DNA of 64,000 nucleotides from Paragordius varius (taxonomy: Eukaryota > Animalia > Nematomorpha): contig OZ176051.1 of NCBI GenBank assembly GCA_964247055.1, positions 124,001-188,000 of the forward strand, read 5' to 3'. The notes below the pieces were generated by a model, which was given only the letters and a program-made list of their open reading frames with translations, had not been told where the DNA came from and did no database searches. This document shows positions 41,630 through 55,300 of the stretch, piece by piece (positions within the stretch are counted from its first letter, which is position 1; every line of letters begins with the position of its first letter). Position numbers and translations under genes: made by a program.

Positions 41630-43345
41630 GAATTTTTTAAATATTTAAAAAATTTATTTTATACGATATTAAAAATAAAAATGGCTACCTAAAATCGAAA
41701 TTTTATCAGGTGATGTCACCATAATTTTTTTTGGGTAGCCCTATGGTGATTCCATCATCACCCCAAATATTGTCGAGATCGGAGTATAAATGTAATTTTT
41801 TTGAATTTTTTAAATATTTAAAAAATTTATTTTATACGATTTTAAAAATAAAAATGGCTACCTAAAATCCAAATTTGATCAGGTGATGTCTCTATAATTT
41901 TTTTTGGGTAGCCCTATGGTAGTTCCATCATCACCCCAAATATTTTGGGGATCGGACTATAAATGTAATTTTTATGAATTTTTTAAATATTTAAAAAATT
42001 TATTTTATAAGATTTTAAAAATAAAAATGGCTACCTAAAATCCGAATTTAATCAGGTGATGTCACCATAATTTTTTTTGGGTAGCCCTATGGTAGTTCCA
42101 TCATCACCCCAAATATTTTTGAGATCGGACTATAAATGTGACTTTTATGAATTTTTTAAATATTTAAAAAATTTATTTTATACGATTTTAAAAATAAAAA
42201 TGGCTACCTAAAATCCAAATTTGATCAGGTGATGTCACCATAATTTTTTTTGGGTAGCCCTATGGTAGTTCCATCATCACCCCAAATATTTTGGGGATCG
42301 GACTATAAATGTAATTTTTATGAATTTTAAATATTTAAAAAATTTATTTTATACGATTTTAAAAATAAAAATGGCTACCTAAAATCCAAATTTGATCAGG
42401 TGATGTCGCCATAATTTTTTTTGCTTAGCCCTATGGTAGTTCCATCATCACCCCAAATATTTTCGAGATCGGAGTATAAATGTAATTTTTATGAATTTTT
42501 TAAATATTTAAAAAATTTATTTTATACGATTTTAAAAATAAAAATGGCTACCTAAAATCCAAATTTGATCAGGTGATGTCACCATAATTTTTTTTGGGTA
42601 GCCCTATGGTAGTTCCATCATCACCCCAAATATTTTGGGGATCGGACTATAAATGTAATTTTTATGAATTTTTTAAATATTTAAAAAATTTATTTTATAC
42701 GATTTTAAAAATAAAAATGGCTACCTAAAATCCAAATTTGATCAGGTGATGTCACCATAATTTTTTTTGGGTAGCCCTATGGTAGTTCCATCATCACCCC
42801 AAATATTTTGGGGATCGGACTATAAATGTAATTTTTATGAATTTTTTAAATATTTAAAAAATTTATTTTATACGATTTTAAAAATAAAAATGGCTACCTA
42901 AAATCCAAATTTGATCAGGTGATGTCACCATAATTTTTTTTGGGTAGGCCTATGGTAGTTCCATCATCACCACAAATATTTTGGGGATCGGACTATAAAT
43001 GTAACTTTTATGAATTTTTTAAATATTTAAAAAATTTATTTTATACGATTTTAAAAATAAAAATGGCTACCTAAAATCCAAATTTGATCAGGTGATGTCT
43101 TTGGGTAGCCATATGGTAGTTCCATCATCACCCCAAATATTTTCGAGATCGGAGTATAAATGTAATTTTTATGAATTTTTTAAATATTTAAAAAATTTAT
43201 TTTATACGATATTAAAAATAAAAATGGCTACCTAAAATCGAAATTTTATCAGGTGATGTCACCATAATTTTTTTTGGGTAGCCCTATGGTGATTCCATCA
43301 TCACCCCAAATATTGTCGAGATCGGAGTATAAATGTAATTTTTTT

Positions 43346-44383
43346 GAATTTTTTAAATATTTAAAAAATTTATTTTATACGATTTTAAAAATAAAAATGG
43401 CTACCTAAAATCCAAATTTGATCAGGTGATGTCTCCATAATTTTTTTTGGGTAGCCCTATGGTAGTTCCATCATCACCCCAAATATTTTCGAGATCGGAG
43501 TATAAATGTAATTTTTATGAATTTTTTAAATATTTAAAAAATTTATTTTATACGATTTTAAAAATAAAAATGGCTACCTAAAATCCAAATTTGATCAGGT
43601 GATGTCGCCATAATTTTTTTTGGGTAGCCCTATAGTAGTTCCATCATCACCCCAAATATTTTTGAGATCGGAGTATAAATGTAATTTTTATGAATTTTTT
43701 AAATATTTAAAAAATTTATTTTATACGATTTTAAAAATAAAAATGGCTACCTAAAATCCAAATTTGATCAGGTGATGTCACCATAATTTTTTTTGGGTAG
43801 ACCTATGGTAGTTCCATCATCACCCCAAATATTGTCGAGATCGGAGTATAAATGTAATTTTTTTGAATTTTTTAAATATTTAAAAAATTTATTTTATACG
43901 ATTTTAAAAATAAAAATGGCTACCTAAAATCCAAATTTGATCAGGTGATGTCTCCATAATTTTTTTTGGGTAGCCCTATGGTAGTTCCATCATCACCCCA
44001 AATATTTTCGAGATCGGAGTATAAATGTAATTTTTATGAATTTTTTAAATATTTAAAAAATTTATTTTATACGATTTTAAAAATAAAAATGGCTACCTAA
44101 AATCCAAATTTGATCAGGTGATGTCGCCATAATTTTTTTTGGGTAGCCCTATAGTAGTTCCATCATCACCCCAAATATTTTTGAGATCGGAGTATAAATG
44201 TAATTTTTATGAATTTTTTAAATATTTAAAAAATTTATTTTATACGATTTTAAAAATAAAAATGGCTACCTAAAATCCAAATTTGATCAGGTGATGTCAC
44301 CATAATTTTTTTTGGGTAGACCTATGGTAGTTCCATCATCACCCCAAATATTGTCGAGATCGGAGTATAAATGTAATTTTTTT
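43346..44383. repeat. Second tandem pair of the same 3-mer, period 519 bp
   Basis: gggtagacct at 43795 and 44314; units start at 43346 and 43865. Confidence 0.85.
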
Positions 44384-47300
44384 GAATTTTTTAAATATTT
44401 AAAAAATTTATTTTATACGATTTTAAAAATAAAAATGGCTACCTAAAATCCAAATTTGATCAGGTGATGTCTTTGGGTAGCCATATGGTAGTTCCATCAT
44501 CACCCCAAATATTTTCGAGATCGGAGTATAAATGTAATTTTTATGAATTTTTTAAATATTTAAAAAATTTATTTTATACGATATTAAAAATAAAAATGGC
44601 TACCTAAAATCGAAATTTTATCAGGTGATGTCACCATAATTTTTTTTGGGTAGCCCTATGGTGATTCCATCATCACCCCAAATATTGTCGAGATCGGAGT
44701 ATAAATGTAATTTTTTTGAATTTTTTAAATATTTAAAAAATTTATTTTATACGATTTTAAAAATAAAAATGGCTACCTAAAATCCAAATTTGATCAGGTG
44801 ATGTCTCTATAATTTTTTTTGGGTAGCCCTATGGTAGTTCCATCATCACCCCAAATATTTTGGGGATCGGACTATAAATGTAATTTTTATGAATTTTTTA
44901 AATATTTAAAAAATTTATTTTATAAGATTTTAAAAATAAAAATGGCTACCTAAAATCCGAATTTAATCAGGTGATGTCACCATAATTTTTTTTGGGTAGC
45001 CCTATGGTAGTTCCATCATCACCCCATGTTTTCGAGATCGGAGTATAAATGTAATTTTTATGAATTTTTTAAATATTTAAAAAATTTATTTTATACGATT
45101 TTAAAAATAAATGGCTACCTAAAATCCAAATTTGATCAGGTGATGTCACCATAATTTTTTTTGGGTAGCCCTATGGTAGTTCCATCATCACCCCAAATAT
45201 TTTCGAGATCGGAGTATAAATGTAATTTTTATGAATTTTTTAAATATTTAAAAAATTTATTTTATACGATTTTAAAAAAAAAATGGCTACCTATCCAAAT
45301 TTGATCAGGTGATGTCACCATAATTTTTTTTGGGTAGCCCTATGGTAATTCCATCATGACCCCAAATATTGTCGAGATCGGAGTATAAATGTAATTTTTT
45401 TGAATTTTTTAAATATTTAAAAAATTTATTTTATACGATTTTAAAAATAAAAATGGCTACCTAAAATCCAAATTTGATCAGGTGATGTCTTTGGGTAGCC
45501 ATATGGTAGTTCCATCATCACCCCAAATATTTTGGGGATCGGACTATAAATGTAATTTTTTTGAATTTTTTAAATATTTAAAAAATTTATTTTATACGAT
45601 TTTAAAAATAAAAATGGCTACCTAAAATCCAAATTTGATCAGGTGATGTCTCCATAATTTTTTTTGGGTAGCCCTATGGTAGTTCCATCATCACCCCAAA
45701 TATTTTGGGGATTGGACTATAAATGTAATTTTTATGAATTTTTTAAATATTTAAAAAATTTATTTTATACGATTTTAAAAATAAAAATGGCTACCTAAAA
45801 TCCAAATTTGATCAGGTGATGTCACTATAATTTTTTTGGGTAGCCCTATGGTAGTTCCATCATCACCTCAAATATTTTGGGGATCGGACTATAAATGTAA
45901 TTTTTATGAATTTTTTAAATATTTAAAATATTTATTTTATACGATTTTAAAAATAAAAATGGCTACCTAAAATCCAAATTTGATCAGGTGATGTCACTAT
46001 AATTTTTTTGGGTAGCCCTATGGTAGTTCCATCATCACATCAAATATTTTCGAGATCGGAGTATAAATGTAATTTTTATGAATTTTTTAAATATTTAAAA
46101 AATTTATTTTATACGATTTTAAAAATAAAAATGGCTACCTAAAATCCAAATTTGATCAGGTGATGTCACTATAATTTTTTTGGGTAGCCCTATGGTAGTT
46201 CCATCATCACCCCAAATATTTTGGGGATCCTATAAATGTAATTTTTATGAATTTTTTAAATATTTAAAAAATTTATTTTATACGATTTTAAAAATAAAAA
46301 TAGCTACCTAAAATCCAAATTTGATCAGGTGATGTCGCCATAATTTTTTTTGGGTAGCCCTATGGTAGTTCAAACATCACCCCAAATATTTTCGAGATCG
46401 GAGTATAAATGTAATTTTTATGAATTTTTTAAATATTTAAAAAATTTATTTTATACGATATTAAAAATAAAAATGGCTACCTAAAATCCAAATTTGATCA
46501 GATGCACTATAATTTTTTTTGGGTAGCCCTATGGTAGTTCCATCATCACCCCAAATATTTTCGAGATCGGAGTATAAATGTAATTTTTATGAATTTTTTA
46601 AATATTTAAAAAATTTATTTTATACGATTTTAAAAATAAAAATGGCTACCTAAAATCCAAATTTGATCAGGTGATGTCACTATAATTTTTTTGGGTAGCC
46701 CTATGGTAGTTCCATCATCACCCCAAATATTTTGGGGATCGGACTATAAATGTAATTTTTATGAATTTTTTAAATATTTAAAAAATTTATTTTATACGAT
46801 TTTAAAAATAAAAATGGCTACCTAAAATCCAAATTTGATCAGGTGATGTCGCCATAATTTTTTTTGGGTAGCCCTATGGTAGTTCCATCATCATTCCGAA
46901 TACTTTGGGGATCGGACTATAAATGTTATTTTTATGAATTTTTTAAATATTTAAAAAATTTATTTTATACGATTTTAAAAATAAAAATGGCTACCTAAAA
47001 TCCAAATTTGATCAGGTGATGTCTTTGGGTAGCCATATGGTAGTTCCATCATCACCCCAAATATTTTGGGGATCGGACTATAAATGTAATTTTTATGAAT
47101 TTTTTAAATATTTAAAAAATTTATTTTATACGATTTTAAAAAAAAAATGGCTACCTATCCAAATTTGATCAGGTGATGTCACCATAATTTTTTTTGGGTA
47201 GCCCTATGGTAATTCCATCATGACCCCAAATATTGTCGAGATCGGAGTATAAATGTAATTTTTTTGAATTTTTTAAATATTTAAAAAATTTATTTTATAC

Positions 47301-48796
47301 GATTTTAAAAATAAAAATGGCTACCTAAAATCCAAATTTGATCAGGTGATGTCTTTGGGTAGCCATATGGTAGTTCCATCATCACCCCAAATATTTTGGG
47401 GATCGGACTATAAATGTAATTTTTATGAATTTTTTAAATATTTAAAAAATTTATTTTATACGATTTTAAAAATAAAAATGGCTACCTAAAATCCAAATTT
47501 GATCAGGTGATGTCTCCATAATTTTTTTTGGGTAGCCCTATGGTAGTTCCATCATCACCCCAAATATTTTGGGGATCGGACTATAAATGTAATTTTTATG
47601 AATTTTTTAAATATTTAAAAAATTTATTTTATACGATTTTAAAAATAAAAATGGCTACCTAAAATCCAAATTTGATCAGGTGATGTCACTATAATTTTTT
47701 TGGGTAGCCCTATGGTAGTTCCATCATCACCTCAAATATTTTGAGGATCGGACTATAAATGTAATTTTTATGAATTTTTTAAATATTTAAAAAATTTATT
47801 TTATACGATTTTAAAAATAAAAATGGCTACCTAAAATGCAAATTTGATCAGGTGATGTCACTATAATTTTTTTGGGTAGCCCTATGGTAATTCCATCATC
47901 ACCCCAAATATTGTCGAGATCGGAGTACAAATGTAATTTTTTTGAATTTTTTAAATATTTAAAAAATTTATTTTATACGATTTTAAAAATAAAAATGGCT
48001 ACCTAAAATCCAAATTTGATCAGGTGATGTCTCCATAATTTTTTTTGGGTAGCCCTATGGTAGTTCCATCATCACCCCAAATATTTTCGAGATCGGAGTA
48101 TAAATGTAATTTTTATGAATTTTTTAAATATTTAAAAAATTTATTTTATACGATTTTAAAAATAAAAATGGCTACCTAAAATCCAAATTTGATCAGGTGA
48201 TGTCGCCATAATTTTTTTTGGGTAGCCCTATAGTAGTTCCATCATCACCCCAAATATTTTTGAGATCGGAGTATAAATGTAATTTTTATGAATTTTTTAA
48301 ATATTTAAAAAATTTATTTTATACGATTTTAAAAATAAAAATGGCTACCTAAAATCCAAATTTGATCAGGTGATGTCACCATAATTTTTTTTGGGTAGAC
48401 CTATGGTAGTTCCATCATCACCCCAAATATTGTCGAGATCGGAGTATAAATGTAATTTTTTTGAATTTTTTAAATATTTAAAAAATTTATTTTATACGAT
48501 TTTAAAAATAAAAATGGCTACCTAAAATCCAAATTTGATCAGGTGATGTCTTTGGGTAGCCATATGGTAGTTCCATCATCACCCCAAATATTTTCGAGAT
48601 CGGAGTATAAATGTAATTTTTATAAATTTTTTAAATATTTAAAAAATTTATTTTATACGATATTAAAAATAAAAATGGCTACCTAAAATCGAAATTTTAT
48701 CAGGTGATGTCACCATAATTTTTTTTGGGTAGCCCTATGGTGATTCCATCATCACCCCAAATATTGTCGAGATCGGAGTATAAATGTAATTTTTTT

Positions 48797-50486
48797 GAAT
48801 TTTTTAAATATTTAAAAAATTTATTTTATACGATTTTAAAAATAAAAATGGCTACCTAAAATCCAAATTTGATCAGGTGATGTCTCTATAATTTTTTTTG
48901 GGTAGCCCTATGGTAGTTCCATCATCACCCCAAATATTTTGGGGATCGGACTATAAATGTAATTTTTATGAATTTTTTAAATATTTAAAAAATTTATTTT
49001 ATACGATTTTAAAAATAAAAATGGCTACCTAAAATCCGAATTTAATCAGGTGATGTCACCATAATTTTTTTTGGGTAGCCCTATGGTAGTTCCATCATCA
49101 CCCCATGTTTTCGAGATCGGAGTATAAATGTAATTTTTATGAATTTTTTAAATATTTAAAAAATTTATTTTATACGATTTTAAAAATAAATGGCTACCTA
49201 AAATCCAAATTTGATCAGGTGATGTCACCATAATTTTTTTTGGGTAGCCCTATGGTAGTTCCATCATCACCCCAAATATTTTCGAGATCGGAGTATAAAT
49301 GTAATTTTTATGAATTTTTTAAATATTTAAAAAATTTATTTTATACGATTTTAAAAAAAAAATGGCTACCTATCCAAATTTGATCAGGTGATGTCACCAT
49401 AATTTTTTTTGGGTAGCCCTATGGTAATTCCATCATGACCCCAAATATTGTCGAGATCGGAGTATAAATGTAATTTTTTTGAATTTTTTAAATATTTAAA
49501 AAATTTATTTTATACGATTTTAAAAATAAAAATGGCTACCTAAAATCCAAATTTGATCAGGTGATGTCTTTGGGTAGCCATATGGTAGTTCCATCATCAC
49601 CCCAAATATTTTGGGGATCGGACTATAAATGTAATTTTTATGAATTTTTTAAATATTTAAAAAATTTATTTTATACGATTTTAAAAATAAAAATGGCTAC
49701 CTAAAATCCAAATTTGATCAGGTGATGTCTCTATAATTTTTTTTGGGTAGCCCTATGGTAGTTCCATCATCACCCCAAATATTTTGGGGATCGGACTATA
49801 AATGTAATTTTTATGAATTTTTTAAATATTTAAAAAATTTATTTTATACGATTTTAAAAATAAAAATGGCTACCTAAAATCCGAATTTAATCAGGTGATG
49901 TCACCATAATTTTTTTTGGGTAGCCCTATGGTAGTTCCATCATCACCCCATGTTTTCGAGATCGGAGTATAAATGTAATTTTTATGAATTTTTTAAATAT
50001 TTAAAAAATTTATTTTATACGATTTTAAAAATAAATGGCTACCTAAAATCCAAATTTGATCAGGTGATGTCACCATAATTTTTTTTGGGTAGCCCTATGG
50101 TAGTTCCATCATCACCCCAAATATTTTCGAGATCGGAGTATAAATGTAATTTTTATGAATTTTTTAAATATTTAAAAAATTTATTTTATACGATTTTAAA
50201 AAAAAAATGGCTACCTATCCAAATTTGATCAGGTGATGTCACCATAATTTTTTTTGGGTAGCCCTATGGTAATTCCATCATGACCCCAAATATTGTCGAG
50301 ATCGGAGTATAAATGTAATTTTTTTGAATTTTTTAAATATTTAAAAAATTTATTTTATACGATTTTAAAAATAAAAATGGCTACCTAAAATCCAAATTTG
50401 ATCAGGTGATGTCTTTGGGTAGCCATATGGTAGTTCCATCATCACCCCAAATATTTTGGGGATCGGACTATAAATGTAATTTTTAT
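48797..50486. repeat. Tandem 5-mer duplication, period 845 bp (48797-49641 / 49642-50486)
   Basis: ccccatgtttt at 49101/49946 and the 12 bp deletion at 49567/50412; the five monomer types occur in the same order. Confidence 0.9.
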
Positions 50487-51348
50487 GAATTTTTTAAATA
50501 TTTAAAAAATTTATTTTATACGATTTTAAAAATAAAAATGGCTACCTAAAATCCAAATTTGATCAGGTGATGTCTCCATAATTTTTTTTGGGTAGCCCTA
50601 TGGTAGTTCCATCATCACCCCAAATATTTTGGGGATCGGACTATAAATGTAATTTTTATGAATTTTTTAAATATTTAAAAAATTTATTTTATACGATTTT
50701 AAAAATAAAAATGGCTACCTAAAATCCAAATTTGATCAGGTGATGTCACTATAATTTTTTTGGGTAGCCCTATGGTAGTTCCATCATCACCTCAAATATT
50801 TTGAGGATCGGACTATAAATGTAATTTTTATGAATTTTTTAAATATTTAAAAAATTTATTTTATACGATTTTAAAAATAAAAATGGCTACCTAAAATGCA
50901 AATTTGATCAGGTGATGTCACTATAATTTTTTTGGGTAGCCCTATGGTAATTCCATCATCACCCCAAATATTGTCGAGATCGGAGTACAAATGTAATTTT
51001 TTTGAATTTTTTAAATATTTAAAAAATTTATTTTATACGATTTTAAAAATAAAAATGGCTACCTAAAATCCAAATTTGATCAGGTGATGTCTCCATAATT
51101 TTTTTTGGGTAGCCCTATGGTAGTTCCATCATCACCCCAAATATTTTGGGGATTGGACTATAAATGTAATTTTTATGAATTTTTTAAATATTTAAAAAAT
51201 TTATTTTATACGATTTTAAAAATAAAAATGGCTACCTAAAATCCAAATTTGATCAGGTGATGTCACTATAATTTTTTTGGGTAGCCCTATGGTAGTTCCA
51301 TCATCACCTCAAATATTTTGGGGATCGGACTATAAATGTAATTTTTAT

Positions 51349-52376
51349 GAATTTTTTAAATATTTAAAAAATTTATTTTATACGATTTTAAAAATAAAAA
51401 TGGCTACCTAAAATCCAAATTTGATCAGGTGATGTCACTATAATTTTTTTGGGTAGCCCTATGGTAGTTCCATCATCACATCAAATATTTTCGAGATCGG
51501 AGTATAAATGTAATTTTTATGAATTTTTTAAATATTTAAAAAATTTATTTTATACGATTTTAAAAATAAAAATGGCTACCTAAAATCCAAATTTGATCAG
51601 GTGATGTCACTATAATTTTTTTGGGTAGCCCTATGGTAGTTCCATCATCACCCATAATATTTTGGGGATCCTATAAATGTAATTTTTATGAATTTTTTAA
51701 ATATTTAAAAAATTTATTTTATACGATTTTAAAAATAAAAATAGCTACCTAAAATCCAAATTTGATCAGGTGATGTCGCCATAATTTTTTTTGGGTAGCC
51801 CTATGGTAGTTCAATCATCACCCCAAATATTTTCGAGATCGGAGTATAAATGTAATTTTTATGAATTTTTTAAATATTTAAAAAATTTATTTTATACGAT
51901 ATTAAAAATAAAAATGGCTACCTAAAATCCAAATTTGATCAGGTGATGTCACTATAATTTTTTTGGGTAGCCCTATGGTAGTTCCATCATCACATCAAAT
52001 ATTTTCGAGATCGGAGTATAAATGTAATTTTTATGAATTTTTTAAATATTTAAAAAATTTATTTTATACGATTTTAAAAATAAAAATGGCTACCTAAAAT
52101 CCAAATTTGATCAGGTGATGTCACTATAATTTTTTTGGGTAGCCCTATGGTAGTTCCATCATCACCCATAATATTTTGGGGATCCTATAAATGTAATTTT
52201 TATGAATTTTTTAAATATTTAAAAAATTTATTTTATACGATTTTAAAAATAAAAATAGCTACCTAAAATCCAAATTTGATCAGGTGATGTCGCCATAATT
52301 TTTTTTGGGTAGCCCTATGGTAGTTCAATCATCACCCCAAATATTTTCGAGATCGGAGTATAAATGTAATTTTTAT
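51349..52376. repeat. Tandem 3-mer duplication, period 514 bp, containing the BamHI variant with the private cccataatatt change
   Basis: ggatcc at 51666/52180; cacatcaaa and gttcaatc are duplicated at the same offset. Confidence 0.88.
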
Positions 52377-55300
52377 GAATTTTTTAAATATTTAAAAAAT
52401 TTATTTTATACGATATTAAAAATAAAAATGGCTACCTAAAATCCAAATTTGATCAGATGCACTATAATTTTTTTTGGGTAGCCCTATGGTAGTTCCATCA
52501 TCACCCCAAATATTTTCGAGATCGGAGTATAAATGTAATTTTTATGAATTTTTTAAATATTTAAAAAATTTATTTTATACGATTTTAAAAATAAAAATGG
52601 CTACCTAAAATCCAAATTTGATCAGGTGATGTCACTATAATTTTTTTGGGTAGCCCTATGGTAGTTCCATCATCACCCCAAATATTTTGGGGATCGGACT
52701 ATAAATGTAATTTTTATGAATTTTTTAAATATTTAAAAAATTTATTTTATACGATTTTAAAAATAAAAATGGCTACCTAAAATCCAAATTTGATCAGGTG
52801 ATGTCGCCATAATTTTTTTTGGGTAGCCCTATGGTAGTTCCATCATCATTCCGAATACTTTGGGGATCGGACTATAAATGTTATTTTTATGAATTTTTTA
52901 AATATTTAAAAAATTTATTTTATACGATATTAAAAATAAAAATGGCTACCTAAAATCCAAATTTGATCAGGTGATGTGACCATAATTTTTTTGGGTAGCC
53001 CTATGGTAGTTCCATCATCACCCCAAATATTTACGAGATCGGAGTATAAATGTAATTTTTATGAATTTTTTAAATATTTAAAAAATTTATTTTATACGAT
53101 TTTAAAAATAAAAATGGCTACCTAAAATCCAAATTTGATCAAGTGATGTCGCCATGAATTTTTTTGGGTAGCCCTATAGTAGTTCCATCATCACCCCAAA
53201 TATTTTAGGGATCGGAGTATAAATGTAATTTTTATGAATTTTTTAAATATTTAAAAAATTTATTTTATACGATTTTAAAAATAAAAATGGCTACCTAAAA
53301 TCCAAATTTGATCAGGTGATGTCGCCATAATTTTTTTTGGGTAGCCCTATGGTAGTTCCATCATCACCCCAAATATTTTGGGGATCGGACTATAAATGTA
53401 ATTTTTATGAATTTTTTAAATATTTAAAAAATTTATTTTATACGATTTTAAAAATAAAAATGGCTACCTAAAATCCAAATTTGATCAGGTGATGTCACTA
53501 TAATTTTTTTGGGTAGCCCTATGGTAGTTCCATCATCACCCCAAATATTTTCGAGATCGGAGTATAAATGTAATTTTTATGAATTTTTTAAATATTTAAA
53601 AAATTTATTTTATACGATATTAAAAATAAAAATGGCTACCTAAAATCCAAATTTGATCAGGAGATGTCACCATAATTTTTTTTGGGTAGCCCTATGGTAA
53701 TTCCATCATCACCCCAAATATTGTCGAGATCGGAATATAAATGTAATTTTTATGAATTTTTTAAATATATAAAAAATTTATTTTATACGATTTTAAAAAT
53801 AAAAATGGCTACCTAAAATCCAAATTTGATCAGGTGATGTCACTATAATTTTTTTTGGGTAGCCCTATGGTAATTCCATCATCACCCCAAATATTGTCGA
53901 GATCGGAGTATTATTGTAATTTTTATGAATTTTTTAAATATATAAAAAATTTATTTTATACGATTTTAAAAATAAAAATGGCTACCTAAAATCCAAATTT
54001 GATCAGGTGATGTCGCCATAATTTTTTTTGGGTAGCCCTATAGTAGTTCCATCATCACCCCAAATATTTTAGGGATCGGAGTATTATTGTAATTTTTATG
54101 AATTTTTTAAATATTTAAAAAATTTATTTTATACGATTTTAAAAATAAAAATGGCTACCTAAAATCCAAATTTGATCAGGTGATGTCGCCATAATTTTTT
54201 TTGGGTAGCCCTATGGTAGTTCCATCATCACCCCAAATATTTTCGAGATCGGAGTATAAATGTAATTTTTATGAATTTTTTAAATATTTAAAAAATTTAT
54301 TTTATACGATATTAAAAATAAAAATGGCTACCTAAAATCCAAATTTGATCAGGAGATGTCACCATAATTTTTTTTGGGTAGCCCTATGGTAATTCCATCA
54401 TCACCCCAAATATTGTCGAGATCGGAATATAAATGTAATTTTTATGAATTTTTTAAATATATAAAAAATTTATTTTATACGATTTTAAAAATAAAAATGG
54501 CTACCTAAAATCCAAATTTGATCAGGTGATGTCGCCATAATTTTTTTTGGGTAGCCCTATAGTAGTTCCATCATCACCCCAAATATTTTAGGGATCGGAG
54601 TATTATTGTAATTTTTATGAATTTTTTAAATATTTAAAAAATTTATTTTATACGATTTTAAAAATAAAAATGGCTACCTAAAATCCAAATTTGATCAGGT
54701 GATGTCGCCATAATTTTTTTTGGGTAGCCCTATGGTAGTTCCATCATCACCCCAAATATTTTCGAGATCGGAGTATAAATGTAATTTTTATGAATTTTTT
54801 AAATATTTAAAAAATTTATTTTATACGATATTAAAAATAAAAATGGCTACCTAAAATCCAAATTTGATCAGGAGATGTCACCATAATTTTTTTTGGGTAG
54901 CCCTATGGTAATTCCATCATCACCCCAAGTCGAGATCGGAATATAAATGTAATTTTTATGAATTTTTTAAATATATAAAAAATTTATTTTATACGATTTT
55001 AAAAATAAAAATGGCTACCTAAAATCCAAATTTGATCAGGTGATGTCGCCATAATTTTTTTTGGGTAGCCCTATGGTAGTTCCATCATCACCCCAAATAT
55101 TTTCGAGATCGGAGTATAAATGTAATTTTTATGAATTTTTTAAATATTTAAAAAATTTATTTTATACGATATTAAAAATAAAAATGGCTACCTAAAATCC
55201 AAATTTGATCAGATGCACTATAATTTTTTTTGGGTAGCCCTATGGTAGTTCCATCATCACTCCAAATATTTTCGAGATGGGAGTATAAATGTAATTTTTA

